Below are positions 11,089-22,560 of a stretch of 64,000 bases of DNA, piece after piece. Source of the stretch: the human T2T-CHM13v2.0 reference genome, Homo sapiens; assembly GCF_009914755.1 (NCBI RefSeq), contig NC_060937.1, one strand, 5' to 3'. Within the stretch, counting starts at the first letter, position 1; the number at the start of each line of letters is the position of its first letter. A program made the position numbers and the translations under genes. Under the pieces are notes generated by a model, which was not told where the DNA came from, ran no database searches, and was given only the letters and a program-made list of their open reading frames with translations.

Positions 11089-14000
11089 TATGCTACTTCT
11101 CTAGGGCACCATATAACCTCATATATTCAATTTCCTTAAACTTCCTCCTGTGCTCCAAAATATTTCCAAATACAGATTCAGGTAAAAACCATAAAAGGCA
11201 ACTAATAGAGTTAATTTACTTTCTGGACTTCCAAATAATTGTTCTTAAGCCTAGTGTTGGATTTTCTGTTTCAATTCCTCTGCAGAAATAGTTTCCTCAT
11301 ATTTTTCATAATTTAAAAAAACTCACTCAGAAGTTTAAGGACAATCCTTTGGAGGAGAATTTTTTGATCTTTTGAATCCAATACACAAAATGAGATGATA
11401 TTTATATCTATTGTGAGAGGCTTGCCCTTGGAGGAACAGGATTGTGTGCAGCTCCCAGTGCAGTAGCTGTAACTCAACCCCTTTCATTCTCGAATTAGCA
11501 TTTTGAAAGTGACTTTCATACATCTATACCTCGAGACTTCTACAATTTGTTATGAAAAATAAAATCATTTACAAGCTTAGATACGTCATCATTAGGACCA
11601 AATTGCACAAGACATACCTGACAACAGAATAAGAGATAATTGTGAATACAGCCATAGCAATTGATTAGCCACTCTTTAATATTGAGTCTAGCATCCCCAC
11701 AGCTTCTAGGAGAGGAGCTGAAAGCTAAGGGGAGTAGCTGTGCATTCTGATTAAATATTTATTGACATCTCATTTAATTCCCACAACAACTCCCACAGGC
11801 CAAGAAAGCTTAAATTCCCAAAGGCCATTCATCTTGAAAGGGGTAGAGTCAAGAATTGTAGGTTTGTCTGATTGGAGAGACCAAGCTTTTACCTGCTGGT
11901 CTACCCTGATAAGAGTTTTCATGTATTGGTGATATTTCTGGAGGTTCCATCCCTTTTCAACTGATAACATTATCCTCTCAACTGAGGTAATAAGCAAACC
12001 TCTGATAAAGAGAGTGGCTGGAGTTGGGACATATTTCTGAAGTTGATAGAATGCATTACTAAAGAGGTATACCAAATAATAATTATTTTGTGATGTAAAC
12101 CTTGAATGTAGAAAATGTTCAGTCTTCTAGACACTGATTTTTATTTGTATTTCTTTGAAGAGTGCACAGAGTTTGGGTGAATGCAGAAAACTCATTTTAA
12201 TTCTTGAACATGTCTTGTCATTCTGTCAGAAAGTTTCCAAAATACAGGACCCTTTTCTTGCACTAAGCGTGGCAGTGCTCCTTGGAGCCACAGCACATGA
12301 GAATTGTGAAATTACAGGTTCAACTAGCTGTGAGAAGAGAATGCACCAAGGATTAAGGAACAATGGTAAAGCAAGGATGCTGGACCAAATATGGCCAAAT
12401 AGCAATATTTTTAAAACTATGTATCTGTATTAATTTTTCTAAGAGTTTGTAGGTATTTTTCAAAAAAAAAAATTAAACACAGATTTTAAAAAGACTATTG
12501 TTGAAATGTGAAGAAATTCAGTGTTTAGTTTTATTAGATATAAGAAGGTCTCTATTAACGGAGCTATACATTTCCAGCTGCATGGATTTTTAAAAAGTAA
12601 AGTCTTAAAATTAACAGAATGTATTTATTTGGCATCCATACTGCTGTGAATAGCTGTAATGTGTGTTTAATGTTTCTTCTATACAATCCCCTTACATGTC
12701 ACAATAAAAAGACCTTTTTAAAAAATCCACTGTAAATGACCCTTTATGATTACATTACTGAAACACCCCTTTTCAAACCTTTTGTAGTATGCACATTATC
12801 TTTGGATATATCTATTCACAGTTGATAAGAATGCCTTTTCCATTTATTTCATTCTGTTTCTATGAAAACATTTCATCACCAAGCAGCATATTCACATTCA
12901 TCAGTAATTACTTGTACACTGTCCAATTTGTATCCTGTGAAGGCTTATGGGAGAATAATTGCTGTACTATGTCAAGAGAAGGGTTTAGCCAATGCTAGCT
13001 TATAAAATTCAAACATTCTCCCACTTACAAATGACCCTGAAATTCTTATTAGCTTTAAAATGTCTAATTATATCACTGCCTTTCTGTACAGATCATTTTG
13101 AGTGAAGATTATTCACTTGTTTAATCCCGCCTCTCATAATGATTTCATTTTCATATCTGCCCTCACTTCATTCCTCACCTAATCTCTTACTTGCTGTTGC
13201 TGTGATATCCCTGGTAACGTGAAGAAAGCAGTCAGGCCAGCCATTCAGAGCTTCATGAGCAAAAAGAACTTCATTCCTCTTCTGCTATTTTAGTTTCATT
13301 GAATTATGTTCTTACTGTATTGGACGAATATTATTCAGGCTAAGGAATATAGTCACAATAAACCTTTTTTCTTTGGTGTGAAGCATCATTTAGATGTTTA
13401 ATCACCTGAAAAGCCATTTACTGCTTTAGATATACCTTCCCAATGAGAGTAATCTTTTAATTATTAATTGAAATCATAATTTTGTACTTAAATATGGCTT
13501 TGTATTTGACTGCACCAAATATTATGGAGTATCCATTTCTTAATCTCAAGTAATTATGCATAAATTTATGTTGTTTCTTTCAATAATTTTGGAAACATGT
13601 TAGCTGGACTAGTTAGTGTTCTCAATGGGTAATCAGTAATTTATTTCTTTCTATAGATTTGTAAGTGTATTTCCTAGAATTTAATTTGTAATCTAAAATT
13701 GCCTTTTCAGATTCATATAAAAATACACCTTGCTTTATACACTGTTTACTGTCAGACTGTCTGCAGGATCGAAAAAGAGAGCATACTTTCCTGGTGAATT
13801 TGCAGAAAATTTGATAAATAAGAAAAACAAGTCGTAAAATGGATCACCCAAACTTCACAGTAACTGCCAATAAAGGGAAGGTTGAAGAACATTAGGGTGA
13901 GAGCCATCATGAACCTGCCACATCCTCTTTCCTCCACTGTGCTAGTTGGCATAGACCTTCAAAAGACAAATTTGAGTTTACAGAACAGAAGCACCATTCC

Positions 14001-14099
14001 ATGTTATTACATCTCCTTGAACCAAGTGTAGAGGAAAAGAATAAAAGGAAATCTCTAGGCTCAGGAATTTTGACAGCTTCTTTTCCCAGAAGAGAAGCA

Positions 14100-14195
14100 A
14101 GAACCAATATCTATCACCTCCCACCAATTAACCCCTCACACAACCTCTGGGGCGGAACAGGAAGTTAGATTGGAAGGCGGGAGTGGTTAACGAAC
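14100..14195. promoter_or_regulatory. Candidate promoter/enhancer module (CCAAT x3, GC box, ETS)
   Basis: CCAAT at 14104 and 14124, GGGGCGG 14149-14155, CAGGAAGT 14158-14165, ATTGG 14169-14173, GGCGGGA 14176-14182, all in non-repeat AT-rich DNA. Confidence 0.4.
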
Positions 14196-15439
14196 ATCAT
14201 TTCAAGGAAACAACAAAAAAAGGTTTCAAGCAGAGTATTTCCCTTTAACAAAAACTTGTTTCAGAAAGATTTTCGTAAATTAATGTTGGGCAATTGTATT
14301 ATATAATAAATGTACAGTGTAAAATCTTTTGTATGTATGGATGTTTACAGTAGAGTATATTTTGGGAAATCTAATACATTCTCTCAACATCCAGCCTTCT
14401 GTGAAGTGAGGTGGTTTTTACCCATAGTGTAGCCATTGCTTCTAGCTTTTTTCCAGACTCGGTTGTTCCTGTGACGGCAGCATAAAAAATGCTCAATGCT
14501 GTATATGTAAATAGGGGCATTTGTGTTTTTATTATTTACAACTTGAATTTAATACCTATTTTTCATCAGTATACATATTAATTTAATACACATTTTTCTT
14601 TATATTTTGAAGCACATGAATCAATCACTGATGGGCTTGAAAATGAAATCTTATACATTTCAAACATATAATGCTCATACAATTCCAGGAAGAAATGAAA
14701 GAAAGCATGTAGATACTTCCGCTTTTAAGAATTTCCCTTTAATTTTTATGAAGAAAAAGTAAGCAATTCAAAAAAATAAATATGGCTAAGTTAAAAAAAC
14801 TTTCAGAAAGCTTCCGAAATGAATTTATCTATACCATTAGACTTACTTCCTTTGATTAAATATTTTATTCCTAAGGTTAGAATTCATCAGATCAGCTTCT
14901 TCCTTTGCTATTTTTCCAAGTAACACATAGGCTCTTGCCTAATGAAATTCTTGTTTATTATGTGTATGTATAAAGATGCTGATGGCATGGAATAATCAGT
15001 ACTAGCTAACAGGTCTTCCAAATTTATCCAGTCCCAAGTATAGTTTATCTTTTAGAATAAATTGAAAATGAGAAAATGTTTTTGCTGGTATATTTTCCAC
15101 ATAGTTAGCAACCATCATTGACTGAAAAGAGTTTAACAAGGAGTCGGTGGTCAAATGAATCTGTTTCTTATGGCAATGGTTTGCCTGGAAGCATGCTAGT
15201 GTCTGTAGCATATGTGCAAATATAGAACATATATTTTTTTATCTTAAAAAAAAGCTTAAAACCAAAGTGAACAGACATGAAAGAGCCAGATTGTAGGAAT
15301 TTGCACACACACAGTAGTGTGGTGTAGATTATGTGTGCGAAAAGCATTAGAGAAGGATGTGCATGTGTTATAGACATGGCATATTTGTGTTCAAAATAGA
15401 TCATTTTAAATGCTTACAAAAACCGTGCTATTGTAAGGA

Positions 15440-15920
15440 ATCATTTAATTCCAAAGCAGAGAATAAAGCACAGTGATGCTTCAGTAAGGCTGGAAGTAGA
15501 AAGCTATATATTCTCTGTCTCATGGAGTCACATGTCCAGGCTCTTTCGTACTCTGTTGGTTTCTTTTTCCCTCTCCCATCTCTCTGCAGTTAGATTTTTC
15601 ACTAAAGTTCCCCAGAACTGTAGCTTGTACATGGCATTGGCTGACCATGGCTCTCACTTTGGCTATGATGGCAAGACTATTTAGTTAAGGATATACCATT
15701 ATAGAAAGACTTGGTTTTTTTCAGTAACCTAATTCCACATTTTTAGAAGAGATTATCTACTTGAGATCTTTTGAGTGTGATCACAGGTCCACACCAAATA
15801 GCTTTAGTCAAGCTGGTTGAGGCCATTTGATACCTAGGCTGTTTGTTCTAGCAGATTTGGGTGACAACTTTTCTTTGAGAATATGGGAGGTTAGAAGATG
15901 AATCAACATGTCTACTACAG
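15440..15920 (-). mobile_element. Possible very old MaLR (MLT1-type) LTR remnant
   Basis: Weak similarity only (TCTCTGCAG..ACATGGC..AATTCCACATTTT.AGAAGAG..CAGGTCCACACC). Confidence 0.3.
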
Positions 15921-17449
15921 AACTTGTCCCAGGTCTGGCATGTTTTTTCCACTCACTTAATCTTCTCTAGAACTTATTCAGCTGACTTATCTGGCCAGGC
16001 AGTTTCCTTATCTCCTCTGGCCACCATTTCATACTGACTACAGCGGGAATACTTATGAATAACTTACATTCATATGGTACACGTAATATTTAAAATTGTT
16101 CCCCATCCAGCTTATTATTATGTACTATTTGGGGCTTTCTAATTACTTCAAATGGATTAATAAATTTAATTCTTACAAACAAACCCACCAAGAATCAATG
16201 ACCAACACATTAAATTTAGGTGTAGGGAAAGACAAGAGTGAGTTTCCTTCCTTAATCATCTAGAGGAGTCCTTCATGTTTCTCCAAACACATTATCTGTA
16301 TGTGGTGCCTTTTTATAATACAGGGACCTCCAGAAATCCTCTTCGTTTATTCTTTTCCCTTCACTTTAAATATGCATCTTTATCTGTCTTTTTACAAAAC
16401 TCAAAGTCAATGAATGTGCCTGATACTTTTCATTACTATTAAATTAGAAAATTTTGCTCAGGAAATATGAGCAAAGATCTATGACTCCTACTTATCCAAA
16501 TCTGAAAGAGGTTTTCTTCTGTGATGTTCTGTTATACAGATAGATGTTAGCTCCATGGTATGTATTAGCAATGGCTTTCCCTCAAATGGCAAGTGCTCAG
16601 GGCCATGGTACCTACTCTCTTCTAAAGGCTGGGGGTATTAAAACACAGTAGGATTCAGGGCAGTTAGTTACTAGCCAATAGTCATCTTTCGGCTTCGGAA
16701 ACCTTAGATTTTTATCAGATCCTAAAATCTGGGGGGAGATTTTCTCAGCATTTTTAGGCACTGTGAAAATCTTACTTTGAAAGGAAACAAATTAAAAATA
16801 TGTGCTCAATTTGATCTGTCCCATTGTGTTTTTGTTTAACTTATGGCAGGACGACAAAGATGTGCCCTGTATCTCCCATTTGGGAAAGGAATCCTTCAAG
16901 TGGTTGGAAGAAAAAGACATAAAACCAATCATAGTAGAGGGAAGATTGAAGATGTAGAAGCTAAACAGAATCAGTTAGATCTCACCCCCAGGGAAACAAT
17001 AATAGCACAATACTTAATTTAGTGCTAGCATTCATAAAAATACGCTATTAGGGTTATTTTATTATTTCCCTATGCATGCATACATGAAAATGCACTCAAA
17101 ATCACCCGAGAATAAGTATTTTGGAACACACATTGAGTTCCCTTTTCCCAGAACCTATAAAAATGCCTTCACTGTAAAAATAATTTTAATTTCTTTAGTG
17201 CAATCTATAAATGTGGCCTTTGGGCCTAGTGTTTATGGCAGATGGAATGGCTCTATTTGGACTAGCTAAGAAGACATCAATGTTCTGTAGGTATTGACAC
17301 AGCAGCCATAAGCTTCCATCTGGCCTTATGCCTGCACAGCAAGGATGATTTAGCATAAAATTTGAAAACATATCTTAATGTGTAGTTGTACAGGGATTAC
17401 CCATAAACAATTTATTCATTACAAATTCTTGCTAAAATATAAGCTACAT

Positions 17450-17510
17450 TTATATGCATATATACCCACAGAAATATATATATATGTGTGTATATATATA
17501 TAAAATATAA
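17450..17510. repeat. Imperfect (TA)n/(TG)n simple repeat
   Basis: ATATATATATATGTGTGTATATATATATA. Confidence 0.8.
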
Positions 17511-18810
17511 TACTTCAGAATGATCCTTAATTGCTGTAAATCTTTCTCATATGTTCTGGAAGCAGTATCTATTAATTTCTTCTGGATGTCTCATATTTTC
17601 TTTAAGTGAATATTCAATGTTAAATAATCTTATGTAATTACAGAGGTTATTAGTAAACTAATTTAATTGCCTTTGTTTTTCAGAATCACAGCAGTTTTCT
17701 TCCTAGTCATAACAAATAGCTGCACAAATGTATTTTTATTTTGTTATTTTTGTATTTTATTTATTGTGCTTATTGAACACCCTTCTGACTTGATTATACC
17801 TAATTTCCTTCCCTGATGTTACCAAACCTGCCAAGTCTAGCATCATTTATTTATCTAATGAATATAATTCTTCGAGAATGGGATTGGATAAGACTACATT
17901 CAATATATCTCTAAAACTCGCTACCTTCAGAAAAAGTATTACTGTATAACTAGACAACTTTCTTCATTTAGAGATACTGACTTAAATTAGTTTCTTAGAC
18001 TATAAGTCACTGGACAGTTGAGAAATTTGAAGTAAAATGTAAACCCTCAGTTAATTGCCTCAATTTCCTTACCTGTGAAAGCAAGTATATCCACAGAGGC
18101 AATGAACTGTTAGACATATGAAAATGCAAGTTTAAATTGGGATGGTGCTTGTTGAAAGATAGAAATAATTTACTTACTGATATTCAGTATCTTAATAAAG
18201 AATGTCGTGGCATATACTGGATAATGTTTTTCCTATAAGCTAGATTTTGTTCACCCACTCCCTTCTCCCCATCAAAATTGAAATGCTTTGTAGCACACAA
18301 TACAGTCAAACATCTTGAGTGGTGCCAGCGAGACGGTATATCCTTGGGAGTGGGGCTTGAGATGGACTCTGGAATAGGCATTCATTCTAGCCCCAGCAGA
18401 AGTATGAATAGGACAGTGACTGCCTTCCCAGTTAATTTCATCCTGCTGCTTCTTTTCAGGAGAGGGAGGGTAGTTAATTTTCCCTTTTCAGTTCTTAACA
18501 TTTGATAGTAACTGACTTAAAACGATAATTCATTTTTTTGAGAGTCTTCTTTCCCTCCTACAGTGTAAAAAGAGATTGTGTTTGTCAAAACAGCACAGGA
18601 CTCTAAACATTCCCTCTATTTCAGACATTTTCTGAGGCTAAATTTCTGTAGCTAAGATCTGCTGCAGTGAATTTGTGAGCTGAAGACCACCCTAGAAACG
18701 GTTTGGGAAACAGTAATGTGTTCCATGTGGCCTCAAAATATGGTAAATATTCAAAAAAGCTCATAGTATATCTGCAATAAAAGTTAACTTCCACGTGAAT
18801 GGTCCTTTAG

Positions 18811-19141
<331 letters not shown>

Positions 19142-20749
19142 TAAAGTTGAATTTTAATTTCATCCTGCAGACTATGTGCCATGGTTACCTGTTGAATATG
19201 TGCACTTGTGTTGAGGATGAGGGGCACAAGGACATTTTTATTATTTATACTTGTAATCAAAGCTATGATCACCTCACACATTCTCCAAAATGAGAAAAGA
19301 ATAGAATAAGAAAGAGTATAAGGAAATGGTATTTTAGAGTGAGAGGTGAGTAAAAAGAGAGGTTATCAGTTTGATGACCAAATTTTCATTTCAGGTCACT
19401 TACTAGGCTACTGGGCTTTGTGGTAATTTGTTCATCCTTGTTTCATTAAATTGTAATTACTTCCGATATCTCTAGCTTTATTTCTTTGGCTGGCTCCTCT
19501 ATTAATTAAGCCTTAGGATCCTTTAGGAGATGAGTAATTCTCCACTGGACAGTGTTAAGTTTAAGTTAAGAGGTGATAAAATAAAATTAAAAGAGTAAAG
19601 TCAGAAATTATTATTTAAAATAGTTTAAGACGTAAAAATGAGAAAGGACAATGCACTTCTTTTTCCATTATTCATTTTCCCCATCATAGTTGATGTTTCT
19701 ATTCTCATTCGTCTATGAAAACATCTATAGTCTAGCTTCTAACAAGTGTTTTTTGCTTGTGTGTATGTATATACACATGTGCTTGCAAGTGTTTTATGTA
19801 GATTTTTACAGGAGCCGGATGAATTGCCTCAGTGCATTATCTTGGAACATATCTGCTATCTAATTACTAACACTTTTCTAGAGATGAAATTTCAGCAGTC
19901 AAATAAGTACCATGGTAGATGGCCTATCTGGATCTGATGCCAAACATTATGGATTACATGCTGTTATTCTGTGTGAACAAATATTGATTCACTTGGGAAA
20001 ATGTAGTCATGATTTTTCATGATTGTCCATTTTATTTAAGATATTATAAAACTTAGAGAGCTGGAAGTAATCTTAAAGGGATCCTTCCATCCATTCTCAT
20101 GCTTGAGATGATGAGAATGCTTGAGCATTCTCATGCTCATTCTCATTCTGTTTGCAGAATTTCAGACCTTGAAAGGCTCTTCATGTGTATCTCCTTCAAC
20201 TCTTATTTTAGAAGAGACTAAATCAAAACATGGGGTTTAGGTGACCTACCCTAGTTATTAGCACTATGAAAGGTCATGATTAATTAAAAAGATAATAATA
20301 ACATGCCATTTAAGACTTACATCTCTTAGATAAATGAACTTCCCATCTCGCATTTTGGAAGGAAATTATGATGGGACAACCGTCATACAATAACTTCCAA
20401 GAGTTTTGGTGCAAATTTGGTGCAAATAAATACAAGGAGGTCCTTTACAAAGAGAAGTCCTGCCTCATAATGCAGTCTGAAAATTCTTGAATATACACAG
20501 GTGTGTGGGGCACAAAGATGAGTTGTGTTTAGAGATTCAATTGAGAGTAAACAAAGCGTGTTCTTCCTGAATGATTGCTTTATTAGTTCCCTTTGGTCAC
20601 ATGTCTTCTCACCTGGATGATATGCTCTCCTACTTTACAGATTAAGACTATGAGAACTTTTCAGGCTTAAATACAGATAATGCTATTGGGATCCATTCCT
20701 TCTTTATTGATGCCATCAACTTGAGTACTATAAGCATTATGTCACAAAT

Positions 20750-21105
20750 TCACATTATGACATCTAAAGCCCTTTGCAGTCTTCTGGCTTCCTACTTCTC
20801 CAGCTTCAACTGAAAATATTTTAAGATAGCATCCTGTCTCCACTCCTTACATCTCAGTTATACTTGTTTGGTTTTAATTTTTCAAATATAAAATTTATTC
20901 TTTCCCCTAGGACACTTTGCACATGGTGTTTCTTTTGAGTCTAACACTTTCCCACCATTTGCCCAAGTACGTGTTATTCATCCTTCAGTACTCCGCTAAC
21001 ACACACTTTCATCTGGAAGAACTTACTCTGTCCCCCATTCTAGGTAAGCTCTTCATGTAATCAGTTTCCATAATTCCTAGGATGAATTTTTCGTCACACT
21101 CGTTA
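20750..21105 (+). mobile_element. L2 fragment
   Basis: AAAGCCCTTTGCAGTCTTCTGGC..GGACACTTTGCACATGGTGTTTC..TATTCATCCTTCAG. Confidence 0.65.
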
Positions 21106-21109
21106 CATT

Positions 21110-22560
21110 AGTGATGGTGACAATGCACAGGAGAGGATGAATTAAAAATTCACTAGGAGATTATCTATACAGCATTGTTATTAATTGACTATACCTAGAT
21201 AGTAAAAGTGAGTCGAGGATCATTATGAGTTTTCTGCTTTGTTGATTGGTGGGTAGAGTGCCATTCAGCTTGAGAGAATATGGAGAAAGTAAATTTGATG
21301 TGAAGAAAATGAGTTCAGATTTTGTGATGTAGAGTTCAAAAAAGAGGCACCCTTGAAGTAGTTGGATGCATCATACTCACCTAAGAAAATAAGACATTTA
21401 TGATGGAATTAGAGATTAGAAAGTCACCAAATGTAAATAATAATATAAGCCAAGATTGAAGATAAAAATGCACCAAATCAAAAGGATGTCTAAAGAGTGT
21501 GAAGGCAAGAGGAACCCTGGAGAAAACCACTGCTTAGAAATAGAGGCTGGGCAAGATGTCTTCTGCCAGCCCTTTCAGATCTCCCATCTATTCTTTGGCA
21601 CCCTCCTCTGTGTCTGGGGAGGCCAACGTGTTTGGATCACATAAAATGATTTACTTGCCCTCTAGCTTTATGTACTGTTAACCTGATTGGTGAGGGGAGA
21701 ACTTGTGAAAACAAGACAAAACAAACAAAACAGACACAGAAGGAAGAAGGCTTTTATTCCTCCCCATTCATTCTTGTGAGTTCTCTAAGTATTATCTATG
21801 TCCCATGAGTGAAGGCCACTTTTCCCACAGGGCTCAACCAAATTTTGGTAACCCCTTCCTCTGTTTGCCTAAAATTGGTGAAGCTCACAGCTATTAAACC
21901 TAGGCAACTGCGCTATCCTTCTTCACCTTCCTTGCTCACACTTTTGTAAATAGTCACTATACTAAAATCTCCTCCAATTATCCAATTTGAGGGCATGACC
22001 TGTTTCCTGCCATGACACTCACTGCCTGACGCACAAGCAGCTATGAAAATTCTAGTAAAGGAGAAATGTGTCATAAAAGACAAAGGTAAAAGAATTTCCA
22101 TAGGAACTCCATAGGAATGTTCAATAATGCCAAATGTTGCAGAAAAATCAATTTAGATCTGACAATTAGGAGGTTCTTGATAACCTCGGAAAGTTTTCAA
22201 CTGAGTGTTAGAGAAGTCATATTACTGTGAATTAAGAATAGGAAAGAATTGAAGAAGGGCAGACAAAAGGTACAAAGTAGTGTTTGGGGAAGCCTGACTG
22301 GGAACATAGAGAGCTGGATAGAGGGTCACAAATAATCTGTTGGAAAGGACTTTGACATTCTTATATACTAAAGGGAAAGAGCCAGTTAAGATGAAAGTTC
22401 AAATACAATAGGTGAGTAGAGAGCTTAGTGAGGAACCCACTGCAGGGAGCCAGGTGATAGAGGATAGTTACTTGGACTAGGCTGGAGGCAAGAAAAATGA
22501 AGGGAAATGGACCAAATCAAGTTGTTTTTGAAGTAGAATTATAAAGCAGAATAATGATTA
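21110..22560 (-). mobile_element. L2 fragments, interrupted by LTR33
   Basis: GAGTCGAGGATCATTATGAGTTTTCTGCTTTG..AATGAGTTCAGATTTTG; resumes after 22033 with AATGCCAAATGTTGCAGA..TTAGATCTGACAATTAGGAGGTTCTTGATAACC. Confidence 0.65.
21557..22033 (+). mobile_element. LTR33-like ERVL solo LTR
   Basis: TG...CA ends; 3' TTGTAAATAGTC..CCAATTTGAGGGCATGACCTGTTTCCTGCC. TSD CAAGA/CAAGC. Confidence 0.75.

Noticed and set aside
11770-12075. 101-aa ORF on the minus strand
   Set aside because: No recognisable domain or splice context; the length is within chance expectation for six frames of 64 kb.
17302-17335. Small hairpin GCAGCCATAAG..CTTATGCCTGC
   Set aside because: An 11-bp stem with a mismatch is too short for a pre-miRNA and is plausible by chance.
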